From Utricularia gibba (lineage: Eukaryota; Plantae; Magnoliophyta), in the NCBI GenBank assembly GCA_002189035.1, contig NEEC01000008.1, forward strand, positions 2,108,001 to 2,172,000: a DNA stretch of 64,000 bases. The letters are read 5' to 3'. Below, piece by piece: positions 38,847-51,183 of this stretch (the first letter of the stretch is position 1; each line of letters starts with the position of its first letter). The translations under genes were made by a program, and so were the position numbers. The notes beneath the pieces are model-generated. The model ran no database searches. It saw only the letters and a list, made by a program, of their open reading frames with translations, and was not told where the DNA came from.

Positions 38847-39693
38847 ATGTCCTGCCCTGCACCCAGGCACGCCCGGAGGGGCGACGGGAAGGTTCAGTCC
38901 ACCTATCACCATGCGTCTCTCTGCCAAGGAACTTATAGTAGTCGGAGTTACCGGCCGCTAGTCTCGAATCGGGCGCCTCGGTGTCGTAGACAAAGGCGGG
39001 CCCTGTCGCCGGAGTCTCGAGCTCGGGCTATTCTGAGGGGCCGGCGGGAGGTCCTGGAGATGGTGAAGAGACTTCCTAAGCAGCCGTTCACGCCATCGAG
39101 TAAGGATGTGGCGAAACTGGAAGGTCTCCGTCTGTCTGATGCACATGAAGCATCGGAAAAGGAGATGAGTGCCACTCCAGACGCCAACATCAAGATCTCC
39201 GGTGGGCATTCTTCCCCACCACCACCAGGTACGTCAGAGACAATTGATTTAGTTAAGTTTCTGGAGCGTAATATAACAGATAAATCCAATTTACATAGTC
39301 TGTGATCATTTCAAAAGGGCTATGGCGCTGAACAAGAATGACCAATCAGAGCTCTCATTCAGTTACATGGCGGAACCAGAGCGTCCCAGATCCAGATCCC
39401 AATCATTCCAAGTGGGAGACCCACGACTTCCAGAGGAGTTGAAGTCTTCCAGCAAGAGATCCGTCGCGAGAAGCAGGAGCTCAGACATCGGGGTTCCCCA
39501 AGGCTATGCTTTAGGCCAAGAGAGTGATTGGTGGTGGAATTGGAATGAGCTCCGCTGTGGCAGCATTTGCGCCCCAAATGCCGCACACCCAGACGCTCCG
39601 TGCCGCCATGGCATCACTTCCTCCATTGAAAGCAGGAAAGGCCATGAAGTAGGCGTACGAACTGGCTGCTGGTTCATGAACAAACCCAAGTAG
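38847..39693 (+). CDS. Plant-specific protein of unknown function (emb2170/At1g76980-like), 2 exons, intron 39229-39298
   Basis: LSPESRARAILRGRREVLEMVKRLP resembles the recalled family motif LSP.S..QAIARGQRELMEMV. Also has DWW and a C-terminal GCW. A phase-1 GT-AG intron joins the two ORFs. TATA near 38802. Confidence 0.65.
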
Positions 39694-40945
39694 CGAGCTA
39701 TGGCGCATTTAGAAACGCGCTTTTCTCGGTTCTGAATTGATGACTCATGATAATGCCATTACTTGGTTTTACAAAAATGACCCTTGCGTTATTATTGGTT
39801 TAGAAAAAAATAATACTTATTTTTATAAAAAATAATATGAATCACGGTTAATTTGGCCCAATAATCATTCAATTATTGCAAATGGTGCATGAAGACACAC
39901 TTTGCTCTAGAAACTTTCCATGGGTTCGAACGCTTCCAAGACACAATATAAAATCGCATCAGAAATCCAAAATTTTACGTCATTCTATCATATTTTCATG
40001 TTTTAAAAATCAAAAATCATCTTCACATCAAAATTGGAGTTCCAAATCATATCGTCTCGAATAAATCAGATTTTTAATTTGTTTTCTCATCACAAATTAA
40101 GGATTATGAATGAGTATAATACTTGTGAAATGATGATCATTAAATCGTGAATAATTTTAAATTTGATTGAGTTTAGATTCTATAAAATTTAATTTTAATT
40201 TATATCAAAATTTCACCTTTTTTTTTATTTAAATAGTGTATGAAACTAAGTTTCCCCGCACCGCCTTTTGGACTACGTAGACTTGACTGAAGTCCGTGTG
40301 GAAGCCGAGTGGACAACGCGCTGTCTGCGGGCATTGGTCGCCGCCGGGGCAGTTAAATCTTCCATCAGATGAGAGAATGTCGAGCAGATGGATATCTGGA
40401 TTGTCGCGGAGCTCTGTGGAATTCCATTTTGTTGTCTCAATACACAAGGAACTTAGCCTCTTCTTGTTGGTGTGTAGTTGAGGCACTCCCTAGATGACGA
40501 TCTTCGTACGGTCTCGTGATTCTGAATCTACTGATTATCTAGAGGGTTCTTCTTCTTCAGATCTTTTTGTTGGTTTGTATGTCTTCTTCTTCACCTTTTT
40601 TGTAGTCTCCTGGTGGTTGCGGAAACGCGTTCTTCTTCACCTTTTTTGACTCTGGATTTTCACTTCGGGGGTGACTGGTTTCATTTTTCTTTAAATTGCA
40701 GAGCTGGGTTTGAGATGTAGACACCGTTTTTCTGAATCAGGATTGTCCTTTTGAGACGTATATATATTTGTGTTGCTGAAGGGATTCAGTTTTATTCATC
40801 TGGTTGTTTTGTAGTGGTTTTGTTTTCTGTGATTTGGTAGTTTTTCTCTGGATAATATATGCGTAACTGGACTTAATGTGGCCTCATTTGGTTCCGTAGG
40901 TACTAAGTAGACCAACTCGATAGTTGAACCTACAAGAGAAGGATA

Positions 40946-41878
40946 ATGGAAGCTGTAGTGGAAGTTGCTGAGAGGGCTTCAAGTGACATGCTTGATTGGG
41001 CACTTAAATATAGAACTCTGTGATATCATTAACAGGCGTCCTGGGTACTGATACTCATCTTTTTTCTGCTGCCTCATTTTTCGTCAAGTGTGAAATCCGG
41101 ATTTATGCAAGCAAAGGGAGTACTGCAGATACTCTGTGATAATATTTTTCGTCAAGTGTTAATTATTAACCCCTTGCCGAGATGAGGATCTCTTATCCAG
41201 AGGGCTGGCCTTACAATGATAGATTGCAGGAAGTTCTTATGCGTCGTGATAATATAGCCAATCGAAAGCAGATGTCTTCTTCCAGGGAGGAGGAAAACTC
41301 TGCACATCTCTTAAGTAGGAGGCATGGTTCTCCTGGGCCACCTACGGATATGAATCACAAGGATGACCATTGCTTTTCTGAGTTAGCACGAAGGTACTTA
41401 AAATATTTTACAACGTCCGTCTGTTAATTCTCTCTCTTTCTCCCATGCCATGGTTTTGTTAGCACGTTGGTAACATGAACACTTCCGGATCAACTAGGTT
41501 TCCCCACTTCCCCCACCACCATCATCAAGCAAGGGCAAGATATCGCATCTGAGCACTATGGATTATCTCAGTGGTGGTGTGTATGAGGGAAAAGAGTACT
41601 CAAAAAGACAGAGACTGCCTCCTTCCTCTGCTCAACCAAACAGCTTGAGCCCTTTTCATGCATCAGGTACATGGCTTTCTGCATTTACACCGGATGGATT
41701 CATCAATCCAACGGCAAGTATGTTTGCTGGGAAACAAAAACAAGACCACCCTCCAGCGAAGGGATCACCAGAGAAGTTGCCTATTGCAGTTGCACCACAG
41801 GACGTTCCCAGCTGGGATGCACCTGGAGATTCGCTCTTTAAAGACTCGGTCGACTTCTCCAAGGGCAAAGCATCATGA
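40946..41878 (+). pseudogene. TOL: TOM1-like (TOL, VHS-GAT) gene remnant with a large internal deletion
   Basis: VHS start AERASSDML.DWAL/IELCDIIN..P (frameshifted) jumps to the GAT end DEDLLSRGLA/DRLQEVL, then to the C-terminus DYLSGGVY...DSLFKDSVDFSKGK. Confidence 0.78.
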
Positions 41879-42443
41879 CCCAGACCAGGCACAGGAAGGT
41901 CATGGTAGCCCTGTTTTTTCCTATTGTTCCTTTTTCTGTTCTCCGAGAATAATCAACATATGTATACGAGTTGAATATTCGTTATTCCGGCATTTTTGGA
42001 TTTCAACGCTGAACAATTTCCGATCATGTCGGAAGAAGCTTGAGATCAGAGGGAAAGGAAATTCCTTTTTTATTGCAGCAGTACGAAAGTTCAGACAAAG
42101 CTACTAAAACATAACTACTGCCATACTGTTTACAGTTACAGCGAAGAAAGCGCTTATGGTTCCAATGCGAAAACACATCACTTCATGCTTCAGCTCCATC
42201 TTCGTCAAGCACCTCCTTCTTTGACTTCAAATTTGCTTGTTGACTTTTGGATCGTCTATCCTCGAAGAGTTATTTTAGTCACATGGACAAGGATGACTCA
42301 CAAGCTAGCAAGCATCTTGTGATCGATCCACCAGATTCACAGATGAAGAACGCTACTATTTGTACAGAAAACCATACAAACCAAGAACCGTAGAATGCTA
42401 GGCTTGTGAACAGAGCATACTTGTTGCATCTTTGACTGTGGTG

Positions 42444-42635
42444 TCAGATGAGTGCTTCAATTGGCAGGCTGTTTCTTTGCCCCCCATACATCATTCCAAA
42501 AATCGTCTTCTTAATCTTGCCTCTTACAGGATTTGGGTTTCCGTGAGGCTTGCGCGTGGAGGGCGGAAGGTTATTGCCGCCGTTGGGTCTGCCAGCAGCG
42601 CCGCCGTTGGTGGATGTACCCGGAGTGCCACTCAT
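42444..42635 (-). CDS. Small protein (63 aa) with a PxRGxIKxxIF motif
   Basis: MSGTPGTSTNGG...PNPVRGKIKKTIFG; the motif matches a recalled family of small plant proteins (PPRRGQIK..IF). The ORF is GC-rich. Confidence 0.55.
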   Translation of the reverse strand: MSGTPGTSTNGGAAGRPNGGNNLPPSTRKPHGNPNPVRGKIKKTIFGMMYGGQRNSLPIEALI

Positions 42636-43241
42636 CCCCCTTTGTTCTATCCTGTGCTGTAGGAGTATCCCACGGAGCCTCATAATAATGACAGGGGAAG
42701 GATGAAGCCCACGCCCACTGACTTGGGTTCCCATAGCAGTATTGGTATTTTGTAAACCGCCTGGGCACGTTTCCGATAAGGGTGATTAATTTATCTTTGA
42801 AATTTCAGCAGCCTGCCAGCCGATCATTCATCCACGGACAAGGACCTACATCGCCATCTCTGCTGTTGATCATTCTGATAAAAAGCGACATCCTCATCAA
42901 CTGCATGTTTCTCAACTAACTGATCCCGTTTTCGATGTGAACGCCTCGCTCACAAAGTTCCCGATGCTTTTTTAGTGTTTTCAGGGGTAATGTCTATCAC
43001 AGGCAGCATTGTCTGGATGGACGGCTCGGGGTCTCGTACGCAAGCTTATGGAGATCACAGAAGAAGTGGGAGGGAAGAAGGGCCTCATTGAAACCAGATG
43101 ATTTTAGTAGGTGACAAGCTGCATGTACTGAACTTGTTGTCGATCAACCCTATTTCATTTTCAGAACGGAAAAACTCTGCATCGAAGCACTAGAATTTGC
43201 ACCAGTTCAGTCAGTAGTAAGTGAAAATGCTTGCCTTTTTT

Positions 43242-44204
43242 TCATGAAATACACTTGGTTTTCAAAGGGGTGGATGCAGCAGTGTTCACTTGTCTGGATA
43301 AATAGGCTTCATAAATCTGCACAACCACTCGAGGATCCTTCTCCACAAGCTCTATGTACTCTTCACGCTTGCTGAGCTTGTCCATGTTCTCCATGATCAA
43401 CAACAACGCGGTTTCCTGCAACTTGCTTGCTCCATGTTGGTGAGCAAAAGCATAGATTGGGAGGGAGTTCTCCCAATTCAGTTTCGACATCAGATATCCC
43501 TCGCAGTAAATCTTGAGATGCTTCACTTGGTATTTCTCAGCCAAAACTAAGAGATCACAGGCCAATTGCTCGTCGAGGGAAGCTTCAGCGGAGTATAGAT
43601 AATTCACAAAGGCTCGAAGCGCTTCATAGGAGACGTCGCTGATTTTGATCGTTCCGCTGAGGCTTTCCTCCATTTCATTCTCCAGCATCGCCCGGAAAAC
43701 TGGAGAACGACTTGCCTGCTCCAGAAACAAGAAATTAAAACCAGAGATGTGTTTTTACGCGCAAGAAGAACTACGAATCGAGTTATTAAATTGTACCAGA
43801 AGAGCCCTATGGGCGGGGATTGCAGGCGATGTACATTGAGGTTTTCTTGAGTCCGGCGGAGTAGAGGCAACCAAAACGACGTCGGAGAAACATGATGTGT
43901 CAGGCTTTGAAACGCCGTTGGGGCCAACACTGAGCAATCGCAGAAAGTTGACCTTAGCCTTGAGTTCATCGATTTCGCGCTTGAGTTCCTTCTCCGCCTC
44001 TCCGGCTTCGTCATAGCAATCGCGACACGTTCCGGCCTCTCGATCGCAGTACTCCTCCTTACAGGACAGGCAATTCAGCCTCAGCAACGCTCCCTCGTCG
44101 TCGTCGTCCTCCGCGTCCTCCTCATCGTATTCCTCGTCAGTCTCCGGATTCGGATCCGCAGCACGCCGCCGATGCTCCTGCTCGTGCCTCAAACGCCGCA
44201 TCAT
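43242..44204 (-). CDS. BTB/POZ protein (At4g08455-like), 2 exons
   Basis: CLSCKEEY..AGTCRDCY, ELKREIDELKAKVNFL, FSDVVL..IPAHRAL | LASRSPVFRAMLENEMEES..LAEKYQVKHLK. Confidence 0.93.
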
Positions 44205-45609
44205 TTCCGATTCCCGTCCACGTTGCGACACTGTGCCCTTGTTTTTTCCTTTTCTTTTTCACTAGTACCCGGTACCCCGTTCCCTTCAAGAATGCGTTTG
44301 CAAGGTGGATATTGTAACGAAATACAGCAGAAATTACACGTGGCGATTATGGATTGGTCCATATGAAAAAAATGCATTATAAAATTAATTAAATTTTTAT
44401 TCGATTTTAGTAATCTAAATTTGTTTAGGCCTGATGGCGTGTTATATCATATACATTATTTCTAATTTTAATAAATTTTATTTAATTTTTAATTTTTAAT
44501 CTTTAATTCAATATCCACAGAACAAGGGTCTGATGAGTCACGAGCCACCCACGTGAGGGTGGAAAAGAATAAATAATAAATGCAGAGAGTTTCCGTTAGG
44601 AGGAGGGAGCTGCAGCCCTATCCCCTACCTCTGCGATCGTTCCACCCTTCACCCTCAACTTACCCTTTCCGGCGGATGAATGCTCATAATTCGAATGCCC
44701 AGCAGCTGCTAATTCCATGTTCTATTAGTAACGATGACTTTACTTAGAACAAGGAGCTGGCAAACGTTGCCCTTACTGGTGTGGGGGCCTCGCTCCTTGT
44801 GCAGCTGCCGGAACTGGAAATGCTCCGGAATATTGTACTGGGGTGGAAGCAATGTGCCCCGCTGGCTCACTGCTTTTGGTTTTCCATCAACACCAGTTTC
44901 CTTTCCTTAAAACCAACTGCATTATCTACATTTGCACTACACCCATCATCACACTTCTTCCCCTAAACTCAAATTCCATGGTGGAGTTGAATCAAACGAA
45001 AACAAAGCAAGCAAAACAGAACTATTTTCGTATAGAACGGAGGAATTTAAATGAGGCTCTCGTTGTTTGTTAGATGTTTAACTATTTCGTATTTGAACTA
45101 AGCAAACAGACTCAATCTATTTGAATGCAAAACAAAGTTTTTTTTTTGTACAGCAGAACAGTTGCAGAAAACCTAGTGGAGGAAGAAGAACAGCTTTGCC
45201 AACTTGCGTATGAAACAGCAGTTAGAAAAGGATGTTTTTTCTTTTTCAATTTCAGTTGCGTGGAAGGATACACAAGTTGGTGTGATTAAAACCCTAAAAA
45301 TATCAGCTGTAAGGGGAAAATTCCGTTCCCAGTCTCTCATTCTCTTGCTTACTGCTTTTTCCTTCAAACCCGCCTCATGTACTCATCTATGTATGTATGT
45401 ATGCATTTCCTTGTGGGGCTTCTTTCTAATCTCTCATATAGTACCAAATCTTTCTTTAACTGCTCCCACAGATGAAATAAGGTTGATCCTCATGCACTCA
45501 GCTCAGTTTTCCTTAAACCAGAAACCTCAAGCTCACAGTGGCCAGTTTACTTCTTTCTTTTGATTTCTTCTGTGGGTTTTCAGGGCTTAAACAGAGTGGT
45601 GCATCAAAT

Positions 45610-46833
45610 ATGGGACGCGGGAAGATTCAGGTGAAGAGGATCGAGAGCACCACTAGCAGGCAAGTGACCTTTTCGAAGCGAAGGGCTGGGCTAATGAAGA
45701 AAACGCATGAGCTTTCTATTCTCTGTGATGCCCAGATTGGGCTGATTGTCTTCTCAAGCAAGGGCAAGCTCACTGAGTACACCACACCCCCTCTAAGGTA
45801 TGATATAGATATGAATCCCTTGGCAAATCTGGAAAGAGATGAAGATCTCAGAGAATGTGGCATATTTCTTACAAGGATCTTGATCTGCTTTCTCTTTTTG
45901 TTTTAACAGCATGAAGGAGATTATAGACAGGTACTCTAAGATGCAAGGGATTCACATTCCAGACAACAACGCTGCAGCTGGATCCTCAATGGGATTGTAC
46001 AATGTATGTAGCTGCAGTCTTTTTGTTTTGAAAGCGTCCTCATTGTATAATGATGTTTGTTTTCAGGAACAAATGTACCAGGAGCTTGCAAGGATGAAGA
46101 AGGAGACCTTGAATCTTGAATTAAGCCTTCAGAGGTACAAGGGAGATGACTTGTGCAGCGTGCAGTTCGATGAACTGAATCGAATCGAGCAGCAGCTCGA
46201 GCATTCCGTTCTCAAAGTTCGATCCCGGAAAGTACAAAAAACCTCTTTTTTCCCTTAGAATCAACACTTCTAGACTAGCCCACATGGTCACTCATCCCAC
46301 ACTGATTTCTTTCATTTGCAGTTTCAACTTCTCCATGAGCAGCTTGACAATCTGAAGAGAACGGTATATTGCCAAAGTTCTTTTTTTTTTTTTACATAAC
46401 CAGGTTGCTTAAGTCACTGTAATTTTGCGAGTTAGGAGAGTATGCTGGAGAAGGAGAACCAAGAGATGTACCAATGGGTAAAGCTCCCTTCTCTTCCTTC
46501 ACATTACAATCACCATCTTCTAAAGGCCTGTTTTAATTTGAGGATCAGCTGATGAGCAACCAGCTTCAGAAGCAAGCAGAAGTTGAGAGTCAGCAGCAGG
46601 GAATAGCAGATCTGAAGCTGGTGGATCAGCAGCAGCCATTGCTGAACCAGTTCCTCTTCTCCAGAGAAGATCTTCAGCTAGGAACCCTCCCTCTCCATCC
46701 TCACGCTTACCGTCTCCAGCCGGCGCATCCAAATCTCCAAGACTTTGGCTTGGGTATACCTTATTTCACCTCATCTTCTGATTGCAACATTGGGGCTGGC
46801 TCTAGCCATGTTTACTCTCGTTTTGCAGGTTGA
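45610..46833 (+). CDS. TT16: Bsister MIKC MADS-box gene (TT16/ABS/FBP24-like)
   Basis: MADS domain [20 protein letters not shown] (Bsister signature), K-box [22 protein letters not shown]-terminal [12 protein letters not shown] (Bsister PI-derived motif). Confidence 0.9.
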
Positions 46834-47339
46834 TTCTTTGATCAAACTTGAGCATGAGGATTGAGGAGAGGCACTGGGGACATGTTTATATATTTATGAT
46901 GCTCAAAACTTTATAGCTGCTAGTTCTCAAGTTTACATTTGAGCCTGTTTCGTACTCAAAAGATGTCTCCTGCAATCTCACAAGCGTGCGTTAGTCTATG
47001 GGCTTTTGGGCCTCATTCAATTGGAAATGGACTCGGAGAAATATTTATGAGCCTCGTTTAATTGGGCTTACTGCTAGAACCTCAATTTTGACCTAAATTC
47101 CCAATTTCGGGATTCCATAACGTATTTAATCCTTTGGAGCTCAAATAGAATCTTCACTGGCGGTAGACTCGAGGTACAAAGGTTACTTCTCCAGCACTCT
47201 ACAACCGGAAGCATCCCTTTTTTTTTTTTTTTTTTTTTACTTCCTTCGAAACTTTGGCTTAGATTCCGGGTACAGGGTTAAGGGTACCAGAAGAATGGCA
47301 ATCCAAAGCATTCGGTCGTCGCCGAAAACCGTGGAATCC

Positions 47340-49849
47340 ATGGCGGTTTTGAGGAGCTTTGCGATCTCAATCGTCGTTGTTTTCTCATTACTGGCTCGGA
47401 TGTCCGTTTGCGAGCTCGGTGCTGCAGAGGACGCCGATTCGAAGGAGTTCGTTGTCACTTTAGATGCCACTAATTTCACCGAGTTTGTCGCCAGACACGA
47501 GTTCATCGTCGTCGAGTTTTATGCGCCTTGGTAGGGCTTTCTAGCTTTTGCGAAATGCTTCTCGAACCTCCATTTCTGCAAATTAGTAGTCCTCATTTAC
47601 GTTACTCCGTTCAATGGAAAAGTGTGGTTGCCGGTTCTGTTGGTTTGCCGTGACATCGACATATTTCATTGTGTTAGGATGAAGGCCACAGTTGATAACA
47701 TTTTAATACAATTACCTTTTGATGTTCCACGACAGGTGTGGCCACTGCAAGAAACTTACTCCCGAGGTATGGTCCATTCCCTGAAGGCAGTGGTTTAATC
47801 TTTGGTTTAGAGCCGGTTCACTGTCCAACCGGTTCAATAATACAGGGGGTGGATTGGATGTGTAGATCTTTAGTTTTTCACTGAAAAAGTTCTTTACATT
47901 TCCAGTATGAGAAAGCTGCCTCAGTTCTGAGTTTTCTGGAGCCACCAATTATACTGGCGAAGGTTGATGCAAGTAATCAAAAAAGTAAAGCCCTTGCCGC
48001 GGATTTCGATGTTAGAGGTTACCCCACTTTGAAAATACTGAGATATGGAGGTAGCGCTGTTCAAGAATACAAAGGGCCTAGAGATGCTGATGGGATTGTG
48101 AATTACCTGAAAAAGCAAAGTGGTCCAGCATCTTTGGAATTTAAATCTCCTGAAGATGTTGAATCGGCTATGGAGAACAGTCAGATAGTCATTGTGAGTT
48201 CCTTCTGCTCTTTACACTCGCTCTCTCAAGCCATTGTTATAGGATACTCTTTTTATCGCCATAGGTTGGTGTGTTTCCAAAACTTACTGGTGAAGATTTT
48301 GAGAACTACACCAAGGTGGCTGAGAGATTACGTGCTGATTATGAGTTTCGCCATACTTCGGATCTTAGTATTCTTCCTCGTGGGGATTTACCAGTTTCAG
48401 GACCTGTTGTCAGATTGTTTAAACCCTTTGATGAACTCTTTGTAGATTTCCAGGTACACTATTCCTCCATTTGCTTTTGCTGCAATGTTCTGTCATTCCT
48501 GACTCAAGCCCAAGTGTCCTGGTTCGGAGTGGTGTGTTTACAGGACTTTGAGGTCGATGCCTTGGTCAGATTTGTTGAAGAAAAGAGCACTCCAATTGTA
48601 ACTCTTTTCAACAAGGATCCAAAGAACCATCCTTTCGTTAACAAATTTTTCAACAGCCAAAACGCCAAAGTACCTGACATTTCCTTTATTCGATTAATGT
48701 AACCATATGATGGTGATGGGGGCTTGGTTTATGGTCATGATTCTGAGAAGCATTTCTGCGTTGATTTATTCACAGGCGATGCTATTTCTGGACTTTGGAG
48801 CTGATTACTTTGACATCTTCAAAGATAAATATCACGAGGCAGCTCAGCTTAACAAGGGCAAAAATTTGAGCTTTTTGACGGGTGATGCGGAGGCTAGCCA
48901 TGGTGCATTCCAGGTTTGAGCATATCAAGCTCTCTTTCACCATGTCCATCAATCGAAAATGTTCTGGCTGCTGATAATTCCACTCCGTACATAGTACTTT
49001 GGACTGAAGGAGCATCAGGTGCCCCTCGTAATCATCCAAGCCATAGATGGAGAGAAATACTTGAAAGTAAATATCGAACCTGACCAAATCTCACCTTGGA
49101 TGAACGACTTTAAGGTGAACAATTTCTGCCCATGGTTTACATGCTTCTTTTAGCCATGATATACTATACTTATCCGTCTCGTGGTTGTTGATGCTACAAA
49201 AGGATGGCGTACTGCAACCATATTGGAAATCAGAACCTATTCCTGAAGTTAACGATAAACCTGTAAAAGTTGTGGTGGCCGACACCCTGCATGACATGGT
49301 TCTTAAATCTAGCGTAAACAGTAAGGATCACTGCATTGCTTGTAGTACACAATCCTTCTGACCCTTTCTGATCATATACGTCTGCTACTTCTAGCTCTGA
49401 CTCATCTTACCACTCTTGCTTGCAGTTTTTCTGGAATTTTATGCGCCATCATGTACCCACTGTAAAAAGTTGGCTCCAGTCTTAGACGAAGTGGCTGCTG
49501 AGTTGGAGAATGAAACTGACATCACAATTGCCAAAATTGTGAGAGCTTTTCTTTTCTTCTTGGTTCAGTTTTAAAAGACGGAAAGGATACTGAAATCCAG
49601 TTTGAGAAATCCCGACCTTGTTCTCATGTATTATTTGATTGGTTGCAGGATGCCACTGCAAATGACATTCCCCAGGATGTCTTCGAGGTGAAGGGATATC
49701 CAACATTATATTTCAGATCGTCAACAGGCATTACATTGAAATACGAAGGAGATAGGACGAAAGAAGCCATAATAGAGTTCATTCGGAAGAACAAGGCAGC
49801 TGTAGCAGCAACAGCAGCCCCCGATCATCCACCTAAAGATGAACTCTAG
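47340..49849 (+). CDS. PDIL1-1: Protein disulfide isomerase PDIL1-1 type (a-b-b'-a', KDEL), 10 exons
   Basis: Signal peptide, EFYAPW|[22 protein letters not shown], second site [11 protein letters not shown]-terminal KDEL*. An upstream in-frame ATG lies at 47295. Confidence 0.95.
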
Positions 49850-49961
49850 GTTAATGTTCAGGTCAGAAACTGCATATCTTTCCACTTTTTACACCGAGTC
49901 CCATATTAAAGAAAGATGGCACGACCGTAGCTGCACCTGAACCACGCACCCCTGGACATTT

Positions 49962-51183
49962 TTACATTGGTTTCCAAGCTGACAGCAGTTCCTGGAACAA
50001 TTCTACCACAAGCTCGCGATCTGCCTGCTTGAAGAAATTACTCATTTCTTCTCTAACATCATAAATTTTTCCGAAATCAAGGAGGTACGTCAAGCACCCC
50101 TTTTTAATTTATCTAGTTGATAGAGCCAGGCCTCTTGCAGCCTTTCGAGCACATTCCCTGAGTTTATGTCCTCTAACAGGCTTTCTTCACATGCATCCTT
50201 GAGATCAACAATATCATACTTGTTGGCTGCAGCCAACAATGACAACCTGTGCTTCCAAAAATCCCCAGGTTTTATCGTCCCGTATAAGTACCTCAGGAGA
50301 GCCATGCAAGATTCCACTGTCATGTCATCAATGTCAATCGTGGAAGACTCTTTCTCCCTCAAGTCATGTTGGAACATGCTGCAGAAAACAGGAGAACTTG
50401 CAGAGAGAATAGCCTTGTGAGCCCTTAGTGTTCCATTAGCAGTATTGATATCAACATCCGCAAGAATCAACTCCTCCAGCATGTGGGAGAGGCATCTCAG
50501 AGAGCTTTGAGTTGCAAGATGCTGCGTTGAGCCGTCAATGGGCCATATCGAGCTCGGTTCCCCGCCCTGGAATGAAACATGAAGCCACTGAAACGTCTCT
50601 TGATGGATGGATATGAATCAACCTTAAAAAGTTACAGGAGCCTCACATTCACAGGACAGATTTTGAGATCCAAGAACTCAACGTCGATTATAAACCTGGA
50701 TGACGTGTTGATATCAACCGAGCAGGCAAAGTCATCACTTGTCCGGAGCAGCCTTTCGTGAACTGCACTTTCCAGAAAGCGAGCTGCAGTGAACAGAACG
50801 CAAAGAGCCTGAAAAGCGGAGAATTCGTAGATTCAATCACCTGGTGAAACGTAGGGTCTGCGGTTGGATCCGGAGGTTGTGACCCGAAAAATGAAGCGCG
50901 CGATTGGCGGCTGCTCCTTGGAGACCCGCGATGACTCCGGAAAAAGCCTGATGAACGTGGAGCGGTTCCTCTCCACCGTCAAATGCCTGCGAAAGTGGGA
51001 GAAGGAAACAAGAGTCGAGAATCAGGAACAATTTTAGGAACTTCCCGAACATCCAGAAATTTCCGACCAGTTCCAAATGCCCATTTTGAAGGGATCCGAT
51101 CTTTTGTAGGATGCAGTTACTCCGAAGCTGTCGATTTTCCATTGCGCCAGTCTTGCTATGGTTTCCACCTTCAAGTCCGCCAT
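49962..51183 (-). CDS. BTB/POZ protein (At1g21780-like); 1-nt frameshift at 50101-50105
   Basis: MADLKVETIARLAQWKI..KRSDPFKMGIWNW | KEQPPIARF | AHKAILSASSPVF..AANKYDI. Adding one A gives KLKKGCLTYLLDFGKIYDVR..AWKPM*. Confidence 0.92.

Noticed and set aside
44560-45000. GC-rich block between the BTB and MADS genes as a possible small gene
   Set aside because: All frames are short and unrecognisable; more likely divergent-promoter sequence.
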